A stretch of DNA of 63,828 nucleotides from an uncultured Collinsella sp. (GCA_900554495.1 USHR01000001.1:1-63828), one strand, 5' to 3'; counted from the stretch's first letter, positions 1 to 9,889 are shown. Made by a program: numbers and translations. The notes: generated by a model from the sequence alone, not told the origin.

Positions 1-20
1 CCCTTCATAAAGTCATTCAT
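1..20 (-). CDS. 5' end of a gene running off the window edge (MNDFMK...)
   Basis: Minus-strand ATG at 20 preceded by a GAAAGG Shine-Dalgarno; only 6 full codons visible. Confidence 0.45.
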
Positions 21-75
21 GCAAATTGCCTTTCGTTCGATATGCTGCACGCCTTTATACCCGATTTAGAGCAAG

Positions 76-156
76 GGGGACAGGTTAATCTGCACCAATG
101 TGGTGCAAACATACCTGTCCCCGGAATACCAAGACGGTGCAAAGAAGTCTGTCCCC
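76..156. repeat. REP-like palindromic element GGGGACAGGT-TGCACCA/TGGTGCA-ACCTGTCCCC plus a further half copy
   Basis: Nested inverted repeat 76-122; half copy GGTGCAAAGAAGTCTGTCCCC at 136-156; related TGGTGCAAACAAACCTGGCCC near 11216. Confidence 0.65.
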
Positions 157-166
157 AATGCCCCAA

Positions 167-439
167 TTACTTGGAGAGCTTGTCGACGACGCGTTCGATC
201 TCGGCGAGCTTGGCGGCTTTGAGGTCTTCGTCGCCCGATTCGATTGCCGAAGTCACGCAGCCCTCGATATGCGCCTTGAGCACGTCGGCGTTAATGCGCG
301 CGAGGAGCGCCTGTGTTGCCATGAGCTGCGTGGAGATGTCGACGCAGTAACGGTCCTCCTCGACCATTCGCAGGATGCCGTCGATCTGTCCGCGTGCCGT
401 CTTGAGCATACGGGTCACCGATTTATGGTCTGCCATCAT
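167..439 (-). CDS. csoR: CsoR/RcnR-family copper-sensing transcriptional repressor
   Basis: RMLKTARGQIDGILRMVEEDRYCVDI...HIEGC with Cys/His/Cys Cu(I) ligands; downstream of copA-copZ. Confidence 0.92.
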   Translation of the reverse strand: MMADHKSVTRMLKTARGQIDGILRMVEEDRYCVDISTQLMATQALLARINADVLKAHIEGCVTSAIESGDEDLKAAKLAEIERVVDKLSK

Positions 440-483
440 GGCGGGTCCTCGTTTCTGGTCGGGGGAGGGGTGCGTTCAGGTCG

Positions 484-705
484 CTACGCGGCGGTCACAG
501 ACAGGGCGTGGAATTTCTCGCCCGCGGCCTCGACAGCGGCGGCGAGTTGCTCGGCGGTTACGGTGTCGGCGCACTCAACCTGGACGGTCTGGGTCTCGTG
601 ATCGGCGTCGGCGTCGGTCACGCCGGCCACGTTGAGCAGCGCCGTCTCGACGGTGGCATCGCAGTGGCCGCACATAAGGCCGGAAGTCTTGATCGTGTAA
701 CGCAT
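484..705 (-). CDS. copZ: Copper chaperone (HMA domain)
   Basis: GLMCGHC metal-binding motif; ATG at 705 with AGAGGA RBS; 73 aa. Confidence 0.88.
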   Translation of the reverse strand: MRYTIKTSGLMCGHCDATVETALLNVAGVTDADADHETQTVQVECADTVTAEQLAAAVEAAGEKFHALSVTAA

Positions 706-726
706 GGGTATTCCTCTCTGTTGTGT

Positions 727-828
727 CGGCTTTCCCGGGCACCCGATCTTGACCTTCAAGTCGTCGCTCGCGTACCAAAGTACGCGTCGCTCCTCTTTCA
801 GGTCAATCTCGGGCACCTGGAAAACCCG
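727..828 (-). ncRNA. Candidate structured RNA (long interrupted hairpin) between copA and copZ
   Basis: Stems CGGGUUUUCC/GGGAAAGCCG, GGUGCCCGA/UCGGGUGCC, UUGACCU/AGGUCAA, CGCGUAC/GUACGCG; most mismatches are G-U only on the minus strand. Confidence 0.4.
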
Positions 829-852
829 TTATAAATGGACTTAATGGTGAGC

Positions 853-3192
853 CTATTTTGCCACTTTAGGCTTAAAGGATTTTAGGCGCAGCGCATTGCT
901 TACGACGCAGACACTCGACAGGCTCATGGCCGCGGCGCCAAACATCGGCGAGAGTTGCCAACCGGTGAGGGGGAAGAACACGCCCGCGGCGAGCGGAATG
1001 CCGATGCCGTTGTAGAACAGCGCCCAGAACAGGTCCTGCTTGATGTTGCGAATCGTGGCGCGCGAAAGCTCGATGGCGCGGGCGACGTCCATGAGGTCGC
1101 TGCGCATGAGCACGACATCCGCCCCCTCCTTGGCGATGTCGGCGCCGGTGCCGATCGCAAGGCCCACGTCGGCGCGCGCCAGGGCGGGGGAGTCGTTGAT
1201 GCCGTCGCCCACCATGGCGACCTTGCCGCCCGCATCCTGCAGCTCGCGGACGTGGCACTCCTTGTCGGCAGGGAGGACGTCGGCGATGACCTGCTTGCTG
1301 CTCAGTCCCACGCGGCGGGCGATTGCTTCGGCCGTCACACGGTTGTCGCCGGTGAGCATGCGCACGTCGACGTCGAGCTTGTGGAGCGCGGCGATGGCCT
1401 CGGCGCTCGTCTCTTTGACCTCGTCGGCCACGGCGATGGTACCGACAAGCTCGCTGTTCTTGGCAAAGAACAGCGGTGTTTTGCCCTCGGCGGCGAACTG
1501 TTCGGCAAGGCCGGCGGGAACCTTCGCGCCCAGCTCGTCCATCAGGCGTACGTTGCCGGCTGCGATGACATTTTGTCCCTCGCGCGCCGTAACGCCACGA
1601 CCGGGCACGGCGGCAAAGTCCTCGACCATGCGCGCGACAATTCCGCGCGCCTCGCACTCGGCCATAATCGCCTCGGCCAGCGGGTGCTCGCTTGGGCGCT
1701 CCAACGCGGCGGCCAGCTTGAGCAGCGCCTTTTCGCTCATGGCGGGCGAGCCGTCGGCGCGCGTCGCTACTACGATATCGGTCACGGCGGGCTTGCCGCG
1801 GGTGACCGTGCCCGTCTTATCGAGCACCACGGTGCCCACGCTGCGCAGGTTCTCCAGCGCCTCGGCGCTCTTAAACAGAATGCCCATCTCGGCGCCCTTG
1901 CCGGTACCTACCATAATGGCGACGGGCGTGGCTAGGCCGAGTGCGCACGGACAGCTGATCACCAACACCGCCACGCCGGAGATGAGTGCCTCGTTTATGC
2001 TGCCGGTCAGCGCCATCCACACCGCAAAGGTCACGGCCGAGATCACGAACACCACGGGCACGAACACACCGGCGACCTTGTCGGCCATGCGGGCGATGGG
2101 CGCCTTGGTTGCGTTGGCGTCCTCGACGAGTTGGATAATCTTGGCGAGCGATGTCTCGGCGCCCACACGCGTGGCACGGAAGGTAAACGAACCGGTGCGA
2201 TTGACCGTGGCAGCGTTGACGGTATCGCCGACGGTTTTCTCCACGGGGATGGACTCGCCGGTGAGCGCGCTCTCGTCCACGGCGGAGGCGCCCTCGAGCA
2301 CCACGCCGTCGACGGGGATGGACTCGCCGGGGCGCACGCGCAGCACCTGGCCGGGAAGGATGCTGTCGACGTCGACGGTGGTCTCGCTGCCGTCGTCGGC
2401 AACGACGGTCGCGGTCTTGGGCGCCAGGTCGATGAGCGCCTCGATGGCGCCGCCGGTTTTGGACTTGCTGCGCGTCTCGAGGTATTTGCCCACGGTAACG
2501 AGCGACAGGATCGTGCCTGCGCTCTCAAAATACAGATTGTCCATGCTCGTCATCATGGCCTCGTGGACCTGACCCGCGGCTAATTGGTCGGCCATGATGA
2601 ACATGGCGTAGAGCGACCAGGCGATGGAGGCGGTGGCGCCCACGGCAATAAGGGCGTCCATGGTGGGCGCGCCGTGCGCGAGCGATTTAAACCCGTTGAT
2701 AAAGTACGCGTCGTTGACGTAGACGATGGGGATGAGCAGGACGAGCTCGGTGAGCGCGAGTGTCATGCTGTGGGTATGGTCGGTGAAGATGCCGGGCAGC
2801 GGCCAGCCGAGCATGTGCCCCATGCCTGTGTAAAACAGCGGGATGAGGAAGATGATCGAGATGATGAGGCGGGTACGCATGGCAGAGGCAGCGGCCTCCA
2901 GCTTTTTGGTGGGCGACTCCATATGGGCGGCGCCGGACCTGGCTTGCGTACTGCCGTTTTGGGCGGCGTCGGTGCCCGTGCTGACGGGCGAGGCCGAGTA
3001 GCCAGCGCGATCGACAGCGCTGCAGATATCGTCGGGGGAGACCTGCGCGGGGTCATAGTCGACCATCATGGAACCGGCGAGCAGGTTGACCGCGACGCTT
3101 TGGACGCCGTCGAGCTTGCTGACGGCGCGGTCCACGTGCGCCTGGCAAGCGGCGCACGTCATGCCGCCCACATCAAACTTATCTTGAGCCAT
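853..3192 (-). CDS. copA: Copper-translocating P1B-type ATPase
   Basis: GMTCAAC HMA, TGES, CPC, DKTGT, SEHPL, GDGIND, YN and MSLSS motifs. Confidence 0.96.
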   Translation of the reverse strand: MAQDKFDVGGMTCAACQAHVDRAVSKLDGVQSVAVNLLAGSMMVDYDPAQVSPDDICSAVDRAGYSASPVSTGTDAAQNGSTQARSGAAHMESPTKKLEAAASAMRTRLIISIIFLIPLFYTGMGHMLGWPLPGIFTDHTHSMTLALTELVLLIPIVYVNDAYFINGFKSLAHGAPTMDALIAVGATASIAWSLYAMFIMADQLAAGQVHEAMMTSMDNLYFESAGTILSLVTVGKYLETRSKSKTGGAIEALIDLAPKTATVVADDGSETTVDVDSILPGQVLRVRPGESIPVDGVVLEGASAVDESALTGESIPVEKTVGDTVNAATVNRTGSFTFRATRVGAETSLAKIIQLVEDANATKAPIARMADKVAGVFVPVVFVISAVTFAVWMALTGSINEALISGVAVLVISCPCALGLATPVAIMVGTGKGAEMGILFKSAEALENLRSVGTVVLDKTGTVTRGKPAVTDIVVATRADGSPAMSEKALLKLAAALERPSEHPLAEAIMAECEARGIVARMVEDFAAVPGRGVTAREGQNVIAAGNVRLMDELGAKVPAGLAEQFAAEGKTPLFFAKNSELVGTIAVADEVKETSAEAIAALHKLDVDVRMLTGDNRVTAEAIARRVGLSSKQVIADVLPADKECHVRELQDAGGKVAMVGDGINDSPALARADVGLAIGTGADIAKEGADVVLMRSDLMDVARAIELSRATIRNIKQDLFWALFYNGIGIPLAAGVFFPLTGWQLSPMFGAAAMSLSSVCVVSNALRLKSFKPKVAK

Positions 3193-3250
3193 GGCTCCTC
3201 CTTTCTGTGGTTCGGTGTTGAAAGTGTTAACCTGCCGATACTATACACCC

Positions 3251-3267
3251 ATACCCCCTGGGGGTGT
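3251..3267. promoter_or_regulatory. Putative CsoR operator in the copA promoter
   Basis: ATACCCCC-T-GGGGGTGT C/G-tract pseudo-palindrome between minus-strand TGGACA and TATAGT hexamers. Confidence 0.75.
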
Positions 3268-3344
3268 CCAGTACAGAAAGAAATGTATGACATTTCGCTA
3301 CAGATGAGGGTGGCTGCCGGGTTGGTGCACCATCCCCGCCCTTC

Positions 3345-3802
3345 GTCTCAATCTGTAACATCTAGCCCAGTTTTTGCCGAGCTGCTGTTACAGAATGAGA
3401 CAAACTCTCCGGCGGCAAATCAATATCTCGATCTGTAACATCTAGCGGGGAAAATGACCTCTAACTGTTACAGATTGAGATTTTGTTTTGAGAGGTTTGA
3501 GTTTGTCTCCATCTGTAACAGTTAGACCGGTTTTTGGATTCCAGATGTTACAGATCGAGACGAACCTTCAGCAATAAACTCAATGTCTCAATCTGTAACA
3601 TCTGGCGGGAAATATGACCCCTTACTGTTACAGATCGAGACAGACCGTCCGCGGCCAACTCAAATGTCTTGATCTGTAACATCTAGAGAGGTTTTTGACC
3701 CCTTACTGTTACAGATTGAGATGTTGTCTCGCGGGATTGGGGTTTGTCTCGTTCTGTAGCATCTAGACCTGTATCTGCCGAGCTAGTGTTACAAATCGAG
3801 AC
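3345..3802. repeat. Array of six 57-bp palindromic units with 80-bp period (GTCTCRATCTGTAACA-N25-TGTTACAGATYGAGAC)
   Basis: Units start at 3345, 3425, 3505, 3585, 3666, 3746; loops 25 nt, linkers 23-24 nt. Confidence 0.95.
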
Positions 3803-3844
3803 AACTGCCGGGGAGGGGTCCCGTTGCGGCAAGACGCTCGCCGC

Positions 3845-5930
3845 CTAGATGCAGAACCCGGGGATCACACAGGTTAGCTTGTTTGGCTTGTCCGCAGGCG
3901 TTGCGTACGTAAAGACGTCGCCGTCGTGTCCAACGCGATTCAAATAGAGCGTGCCTTCGGTCTCCGATGAGTCGGGGCTCACCGTGCGCTCCCACCAGCA
4001 GGTGTCCTTGCCCTTCCACTGGCGGACCATCGTCTCGTTCGTGGAATACGGGCTCACCTTGAGCTCGCGGAAGAGCTGATACTCCTTGCCCTCGCCGTTG
4101 TAGATGTCTGCCAGGTAGTGATAGTCCTTGGCAAACGAATCGGGCGGTTGCGTATCGCACAGCTCGACCATGGCGGGCAGCCAAAGGGTTGCGGGCAACT
4201 CGCTCAGACACGATGCACTGTTGGCGGCGCCCACATTGTTCGAGACCTTCTTGACCCCTTTAATGAGCGCGCGCAACTCGTTGGGTAGCAGCTTAAGGCC
4301 GTCGCCGTTGAGCCATTCCCGCAGCTCGCAATCTGCCCAGCCGGCGCTCGGCGGTTCAGCTGCAGCGTTGCGCTCGGCAATACCCGCGTCGAACATAAAC
4401 GTCAGCCCGGCCTTGCCCGTACCGTCTAGAAGCTCGTCGTGGCGGATACCCACAAGCTGCGCGCCAACCTGCAGCCCGTTGGTGAGCGTGACGCGCTTGG
4501 TGCATGGATAGGGGATATGCCCGTTGTCATCGAGCAGGTGATAGCGCTTGGCAATCTCGCGTGCCTCGCTACGGGTCTCGGCGGCCTTAATCTTGAGCGA
4601 AATCTCCTGCAGCTGATCCCAGGTGTAGTCGTCAAGTGAACCGCGGATGCCGTCAAGGTAGTCGGGGATGCCAAAGCCATGGGTTGCCGCCCCGATAACG
4701 CTGAGCCCCGCAACGGCTGCGATAGCGCCGCCGATAATAAAGCGGCGGCGGGTCATGGCATCGTGGCGGGCCTGATTCAGGATCTCTCGTGCGCGCTCGC
4801 CGGCGACGTCGACCTTAAGGTGCGTGCCAGAATCGATATCAATTGCGGCCTCGTCTCCTGCACCTTCGCGGCCTTCGGATTCGGCGTCGGTGAGGTATGC
4901 CGAGAGCACCTCGAGCATCTGCTGCTCGGTGGGACGATCGCACTGCTCGACTGAGAGACCCTTCATGATGATCTGGACGAGCGCCTCATCGCCCTCGCAG
5001 CGCGGCTCGAGCGGTGCCGGCTTGGTCTTGGTCTTTACGAGATAGAACGAGCCGGTTGCAGCGGCGTCCGTCGACTCAAAGTCAAACGGTTTGCGACCGC
5101 TGTAGAGCTGGTACAGAATGCTCGAAAGCGCATAGACGTCGATTGCCGGCGAACGGCGAAGGGCCGCGATGCCTTCGATATCCTGCGTGAGCATCTCGGG
5201 CGCGGCGTATGCGGGCGTGGCAAAACGCCAGATGTCGGCGCGCCGGGTGATCGTGTCGTCGCCGAGAGCCATGGTCGCGGAGCCCATGTCGATGAGGCAG
5301 GGGTCAAAGGAACAATCAGCAATCTGCTGCTCGAGCGTTCGGCTGGTGGTGCGGAACATGATATTGGCAGGCGACAGGTCGCGATGGATGACCGGATTCA
5401 CGAGGCCTTGGGTCATCAAGAGCGCACGAAGCACGGCGTTTCCGACGGCGGCGACCATCTGGGTGGTCAGCCCGCCCGAGGCGTCGTGCGGAAGCAGGGG
5501 CAGCGCCTGCTTGAGCGAGGTGCCCTCGACCCACTCCATGAGGATGAGAGGGTCATCCTCGCACGATCCGTAGCCATAGACGCGCGGAAATCCGCGCAGG
5601 TGCGAGACGGTACACAGATGACGGTACTCCTCGAACAGCGCGGCGGTGCTGGGACAGGTGCGCTGCCGATTGCTCGGCGGAGCGGTCGGGGGCTTGGCCG
5701 GAAAGGATAGCGTTGTCCTTGAGCAGCTTGACGGCAAAGACCTCGCCGCTCGTGTTGGTCGCGCGCAGCACGTGCCCGATGTTGCCGTTGTTGCGGTGGG
5801 CCGTCTGGAGAATAAGCGTCATAAACCGACGTTTGGCGTCGTCCTCGGCGCTGGGGTCGACCGCCACGGCGGTATCGAACGTATCGAGACGGATGAGTTT
5901 GTCGCCATAGGCGCTATCGGTAGTATCCAT
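3845..5930 (-). pseudogene. Membrane Ser/Thr (Hanks-type) protein kinase with extracellular DUF6273-like domain, frameshifted near 5652
   Basis: ATG 5930 (AAAGGA RBS) frame has the Gly-loop and FAVKLL; a second frame has IHRDLSPANI, IDMG, TPAYAAPE and a TM helix; frames join if one base of GGG 5651-5653 is removed. Confidence 0.82.
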
Positions 5931-6101
5931 GGCGTTCCTTTGTCTGGCATGGGTTGCCGCACGTATACGCGAGCAGTGCGGATATCGGTAAAGTACCATG
6001 ATAGCCGCACTGCCCACGTATACCGCTGAGCATTGTCGTTTACGACGCAGAAGGTAGAAGACGAAAGACGGACGGCGACCGTCTTCCGATCGCCGTCCGC
6101 G

Positions 6102-7094
6102 CTAGTCCACAATGACAAGGAATGTCGTGTAGAGACCCAGATGGAGCCTGTCGCTGTTTTCGATTTCCACTGGGGGATAGATCTTGCCAGGCTCGCGTTG
6201 GTCGCGCGGCGGCTCAATCACAATATCGCCGTCACCCGCGCCCGATTCGAGCACTGTGCCGTTGGTCGACCCAAGGCCCTGGGCGTACCAGTGCTCACCC
6301 TCAAGCCAAATGCGAAGATGCTCGCGCGATGCGTCGGCGCCCACATCGGTGATGCTGGGCGAGGTTTTGGGCAAAGAACCAATCACGGTGCCGCGCGGAT
6401 CGCGTGTGAGGGGATGGATTTGCATGCCGGCGCAGTTGTCGGCATGGGTTCTGAGCAGACCGAGGTTGGGGGCGACGGTGCGCGGCTGCTCCAGGCTGCT
6501 CATAAAGCCACGTCCGACGGTAGTTTCGGTGGTGCCAAAGTGCTCGCCCGTCTTGCTGTCGCAAAAGCGCTCGACGGTGGCCACGCCCTGAACGGGATCG
6601 GCGAGCGCCCCCGTTGCCACAAAGAGCATAAGGTAAAGCGTGCTTTTCTCGCGCACGGCATTGCCGTCAAAGTTGTCGATGCGATTGAGGGCATTTGCAT
6701 ATAGGCGGCTGTCCAGCTTGTAGCTGGCGAGAGCCGACATCATTTCGTTGGCGGCCGGACCGCGATAGTGCTCGGCGATTGCCCGATAGGCGGACTCGCC
6801 GCCGCCGAGCTTGCTGCAGATTGCCGAGGAAAGGTTGAGCGTGGTGACGGTAAAGTCGCTGTAGATGGAGGGCGCGCACTGGTCAGGCTTGCGATGGACG
6901 ATGTAACGGGTGAGATACGAGCGGTTGGAAGAGCATTTCTCGAGCAGGGTACTGCCGAGATAAGAGTTTCCATTGATGAGCATTCGGGCGATCTCGAGAT
7001 GTTTAAGACCGCCGAACGAGCGAATATCGTTATAGAGGACCGAGCAAGGCGTCTCTGCTGCCACGGATACCTCCTTTGATTGCTTCCTAGCCAA
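6102..7094 (-). CDS. FHA domain-containing protein
   Basis: C-terminal VIGS...ASREHLRI...GLGSTNGT FHA signature; immediately upstream of the kinase. Confidence 0.85.
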   Translation of the reverse strand: MARKQSKEVSVAAETPCSVLYNDIRSFGGLKHLEIARMLINGNSYLGSTLLEKCSSNRSYLTRYIVHRKPDQCAPSIYSDFTVTTLNLSSAICSKLGGGESAYRAIAEHYRGPAANEMMSALASYKLDSRLYANALNRIDNFDGNAVREKSTLYLMLFVATGALADPVQGVATVERFCDSKTGEHFGTTETTVGRGFMSSLEQPRTVAPNLGLLRTHADNCAGMQIHPLTRDPRGTVIGSLPKTSPSITDVGADASREHLRIWLEGEHWYAQGLGSTNGTVLESGAGDGDIVIEPPRDQREPGKIYPPVEIENSDRLHLGLYTTFLVIVD

Positions 7095-7243
7095 TATGGC
7101 GATAGGAATTAATGGCCCCCGGTGGGCGACGTATTAAATGGCTGCGCAATATATAGCGTAATTAAAGCAACATTATAGGCCACATGTTCGAAATTGCAGG
7201 AAGACCGAGAGATTTTAGTTGGACTGAACGGAAATCCCCCTCT

Positions 7244-7300
7244 GTCTTGTTCTATAACATTTGGACCCGGTTTTGCCCTGCATCTGTTACAGATTGACAC
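7244..7300. repeat. Solo copy of the 57-bp palindromic unit from the 3345-3802 array
   Basis: GTCTTGTTCTATAACA-N25-TGTTACAGATTGACAC; same arm and loop lengths. Confidence 0.85.
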
Positions 7301-7571
7301 AATCGGCCAGGCCCACCTCGTCCGCCTCGTCATCTGTGGTTTACGTGGGGGCATACGGAGTACGGGTATACTAACCGGCGGCGAATCTGCTCCATCGCTT
7401 AGAGCTGCTGCGTCTGGACGGCGCGTGATAGGGCTGCCAAAGCGATCGCCAGCGTGCTGAGCAACGTCCTCTCTGTGCGCACCTGTTTTTGTATGTATTA
7501 GCGCACTACCAAGCACGCCCGCGCGGCCGCATACCGCGCTCATGACGCGTGCAGATAAGGAACAACAACAT

Positions 7572-9821
7572 ATGCGTAATTCTGTATCCGACGTCACCGA
7601 CGCCGAGATTCTGGACGAGGCCCGCGAGGCCATGACCCAGGCTGCCTTCGATGCCGCCGATGAGGCAAATGCTGCCCAGGCCGTCGAGTCCGCTACCGAG
7701 AGCCTGCCCGCCTTTAACGAGCTGGGGCTTTCGGACGAGATGCTTCGTGCTATTGAGAACCTGGGCTACACGGCGCCCACGCCCGTTCAGGCCGGCTCCA
7801 TCCCCGTGATGCTCGAGGGTCGCGACCTGCTTGCCGCCGCTCAGACCGGCACCGGCAAGACGGCCGCCTTCTTGCTGCCGACCATGAACAATCTGGAGCA
7901 CATCGCTCCGCCCAAGCCCGTGCGTGAGCGCGGCGGCCGCAACCGTCGTCGCGGTGCTAAAAAGCCCGAGGGCAACGGTCGCGGCCCCGTGATGCTCGTC
8001 ATCACCCCTACGCGCGAGCTTGCCCAGCAAATCGACGAGGTCGCAAGCAAAATCGCCGACGTCACCGGCCATGTCGCCGTGACCGTCGTGGGCGGCGTGA
8101 GCTACAAGCCGCAGACCGCGGCACTTAAGTACGGCTGCGACATCCTGGTCGCAACGCCGGGCCGTCTGGTCGATCTGATCGAGCAGGGCGCCTGCCACCT
8201 GGACGAGGTTAAGGTCCTGGTGCTCGACGAGGCCGATCGCATGCTCGACATGGGCTTTTTGCCCGCCGTCCGCCGCATTGTGCGCGAGACGCCGGCTGAG
8301 CGCCAGACGCTGCTGTTCTCGGCGACCCTCGACGAGGAGGCCGTGGGCGAGATCACCGACCTGGTGAGCGACCCGGCCCGCGTGGAGATCGCACCGGCCA
8401 CGTCGACCGCCGACACCGTCGACCAGTTTGTGTTCCCGGTGTCCATCGAGGCCAAGAACAACCTGTTGCCCGAGTTTCTCAAGAAGGAGGGCCCGGAGCG
8501 TACTATCGTCTTTATGCGCACCAAGCACCGTGCCGACAGCTGCTGCCGTCGTCTGGAGCGCAAGGGCATCAAGGCCGCCGCGATTCACGGCAACCGCAGC
8601 CAGGCCCAGCGCGAGCGTGCCCTTTCGGCCTTCCGCGACGGTACCGTCGACGTGTTGGTGGCAACCGACGTGCTCGCCCGCGGCATCGACATTAGCGACG
8701 TGCGCTACGTCGTGAACTTTGACGTGCCGGCCGAGCCGACCGACTACATCCACCGTATTGGCCGTACGGGCCGTGCCGGTGAGCTGGGCTGGGCCATCAC
8801 GTTTGTGACCGAGCAGGACGTCGATGAGTTCTACGAGATCGAGAAGCTCATGGACAAGACCGCCGACATCTACGAGGCCGGCGGTCTGCATGTGGGTCCC
8901 AACCCGCCCGCGGTTGATCCCGAGCGCGACCCTGCGGCCTTTAAGGTGAAGAAGAAGACCAAGCGCGGCAAGTCCAAGAGCAAGAAGAAGCTTGAGCAGG
9001 CACGTCGCGATGGCAAGCGCAACGGCGATGACTACGGCGATGTGGCCGGTCGTTCCAACCGCGGTCGCGACGAGCGTCGCGGCGACGGCGAGCGTCCGAG
9101 TCGTCCCAAGCGTGGCGGCAAGACCCGCGTGCGCGAGGGCGTTCAGGCTCGCGTGGATGAGGCCGTGGAGAGTGTGGCTCGCGAGGTGGCTGCCGAGGAG
9201 CGCGCTGGTGCTGGTGCCGCTGAGCAGCCTGCGCGCGGCAACCGTGCCGAGCGTCGTGCCAAGCAGTTCCAGGGCGAGGCACACCGCCGTCGTCGTGAGG
9301 ACGAGGACCGTGGCGGCCGTCGTCGTGTCGAGCGCGAGGACGAGGGCCGCGGTTCGCGCGGTGGCAAGCGCGGTTCGGGCGACCGCCGTCGTTCCGGTCG
9401 TGATGACGAGCGCGGTGGCCGTGATGAGCGTCGCGGCGGCGAGGGTCGCGGTGAGCGAGGTGCTCGTGGCGGTGAGTCCCGTGGCGGCAAGCGCTTTGAA
9501 GAGCGCGGTAGCCGCGGCGGCGAGCGTCGCGAGGGTGCTCGCGGCAATGGCGGCCGCGGCGGCGCTGGTCGTTCTAACGAGTCGCGCGATCGTCGTGACC
9601 CGCGTGCCAGCCGAGATCGTCGCGATGACTGGCGCAACTACGACGATACCCGCGAGGAGCGTCGTGGCGGCTATCGTGGCGCTCGTGGTGGCAACCAGGC
9701 CGGCTCCCGTGGCGGCCGTGCCGGCGGTCGCGATAACCGTGGCAGCTATGGCAACAGCCGTGGCGGCAAGCGTGGTAGCAGCTCCCGTCGTCCCGGTGAC
9801 GGCGGCGGCAAGCGCAAATAA
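7572..9821 (+). CDS. DEAD-box RNA helicase with long R/G/E/D-rich C-terminal tail
   Basis: Q motif, AQTGTGKT, PTRELA, TPGRL, DEAD, SAT, ARGID, HRIGRTGR; AAGGA RBS. Confidence 0.96.
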   Translation: MRNSVSDVTDAEILDEAREAMTQAAFDAADEANAAQAVESATESLPAFNELGLSDEMLRAIENLGYTAPTPVQAGSIPVMLEGRDLLAAAQTGTGKTAAFLLPTMNNLEHIAPPKPVRERGGRNRRRGAKKPEGNGRGPVMLVITPTRELAQQIDEVASKIADVTGHVAVTVVGGVSYKPQTAALKYGCDILVATPGRLVDLIEQGACHLDEVKVLVLDEADRMLDMGFLPAVRRIVRETPAERQTLLFSATLDEEAVGEITDLVSDPARVEIAPATSTADTVDQFVFPVSIEAKNNLLPEFLKKEGPERTIVFMRTKHRADSCCRRLERKGIKAAAIHGNRSQAQRERALSAFRDGTVDVLVATDVLARGIDISDVRYVVNFDVPAEPTDYIHRIGRTGRAGELGWAITFVTEQDVDEFYEIEKLMDKTADIYEAGGLHVGPNPPAVDPERDPAAFKVKKKTKRGKSKSKKKLEQARRDGKRNGDDYGDVAGRSNRGRDERRGDGERPSRPKRGGKTRVREGVQARVDEAVESVAREVAAEERAGAGAAEQPARGNRAERRAKQFQGEAHRRRREDEDRGGRRRVEREDEGRGSRGGKRGSGDRRRSGRDDERGGRDERRGGEGRGERGARGGESRGGKRFEERGSRGGERREGARGNGGRGGAGRSNESRDRRDPRASRDRRDDWRNYDDTREERRGGYRGARGGNQAGSRGGRAGGRDNRGSYGNSRGGKRGSSSRRPGDGGGKRK

Positions 9822-9854
9822 CACACGCATCGCCCGCTAGAGCGAGGTGAACCT

Positions 9855-9889
9855 AGGGCCCCGAGCAACTACGCTCGGGGCCCTTTTTG
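9855..9889 (+). terminator. Rho-independent terminator
   Basis: AGGGCCCCGAGC-N6-GCTCGGGGCCCT followed by a T-run. Confidence 0.85.

Noticed and set aside
706..816. N-terminal extension of copZ
   Set aside because: An RBS precedes ATG 705, and the upstream region is better explained by the hairpin
3345..3802. CRISPR array call
   Set aside because: Repeats are 16 bp and alternate in orientation, the intervening sequences are related to each other, and there is no leader or cas gene in the window
7506..9830. 774-aa Ala/Thr-rich minus-strand ORF
   Set aside because: Antisense shadow of the DEAD-box helicase, caused by high-GC codon bias
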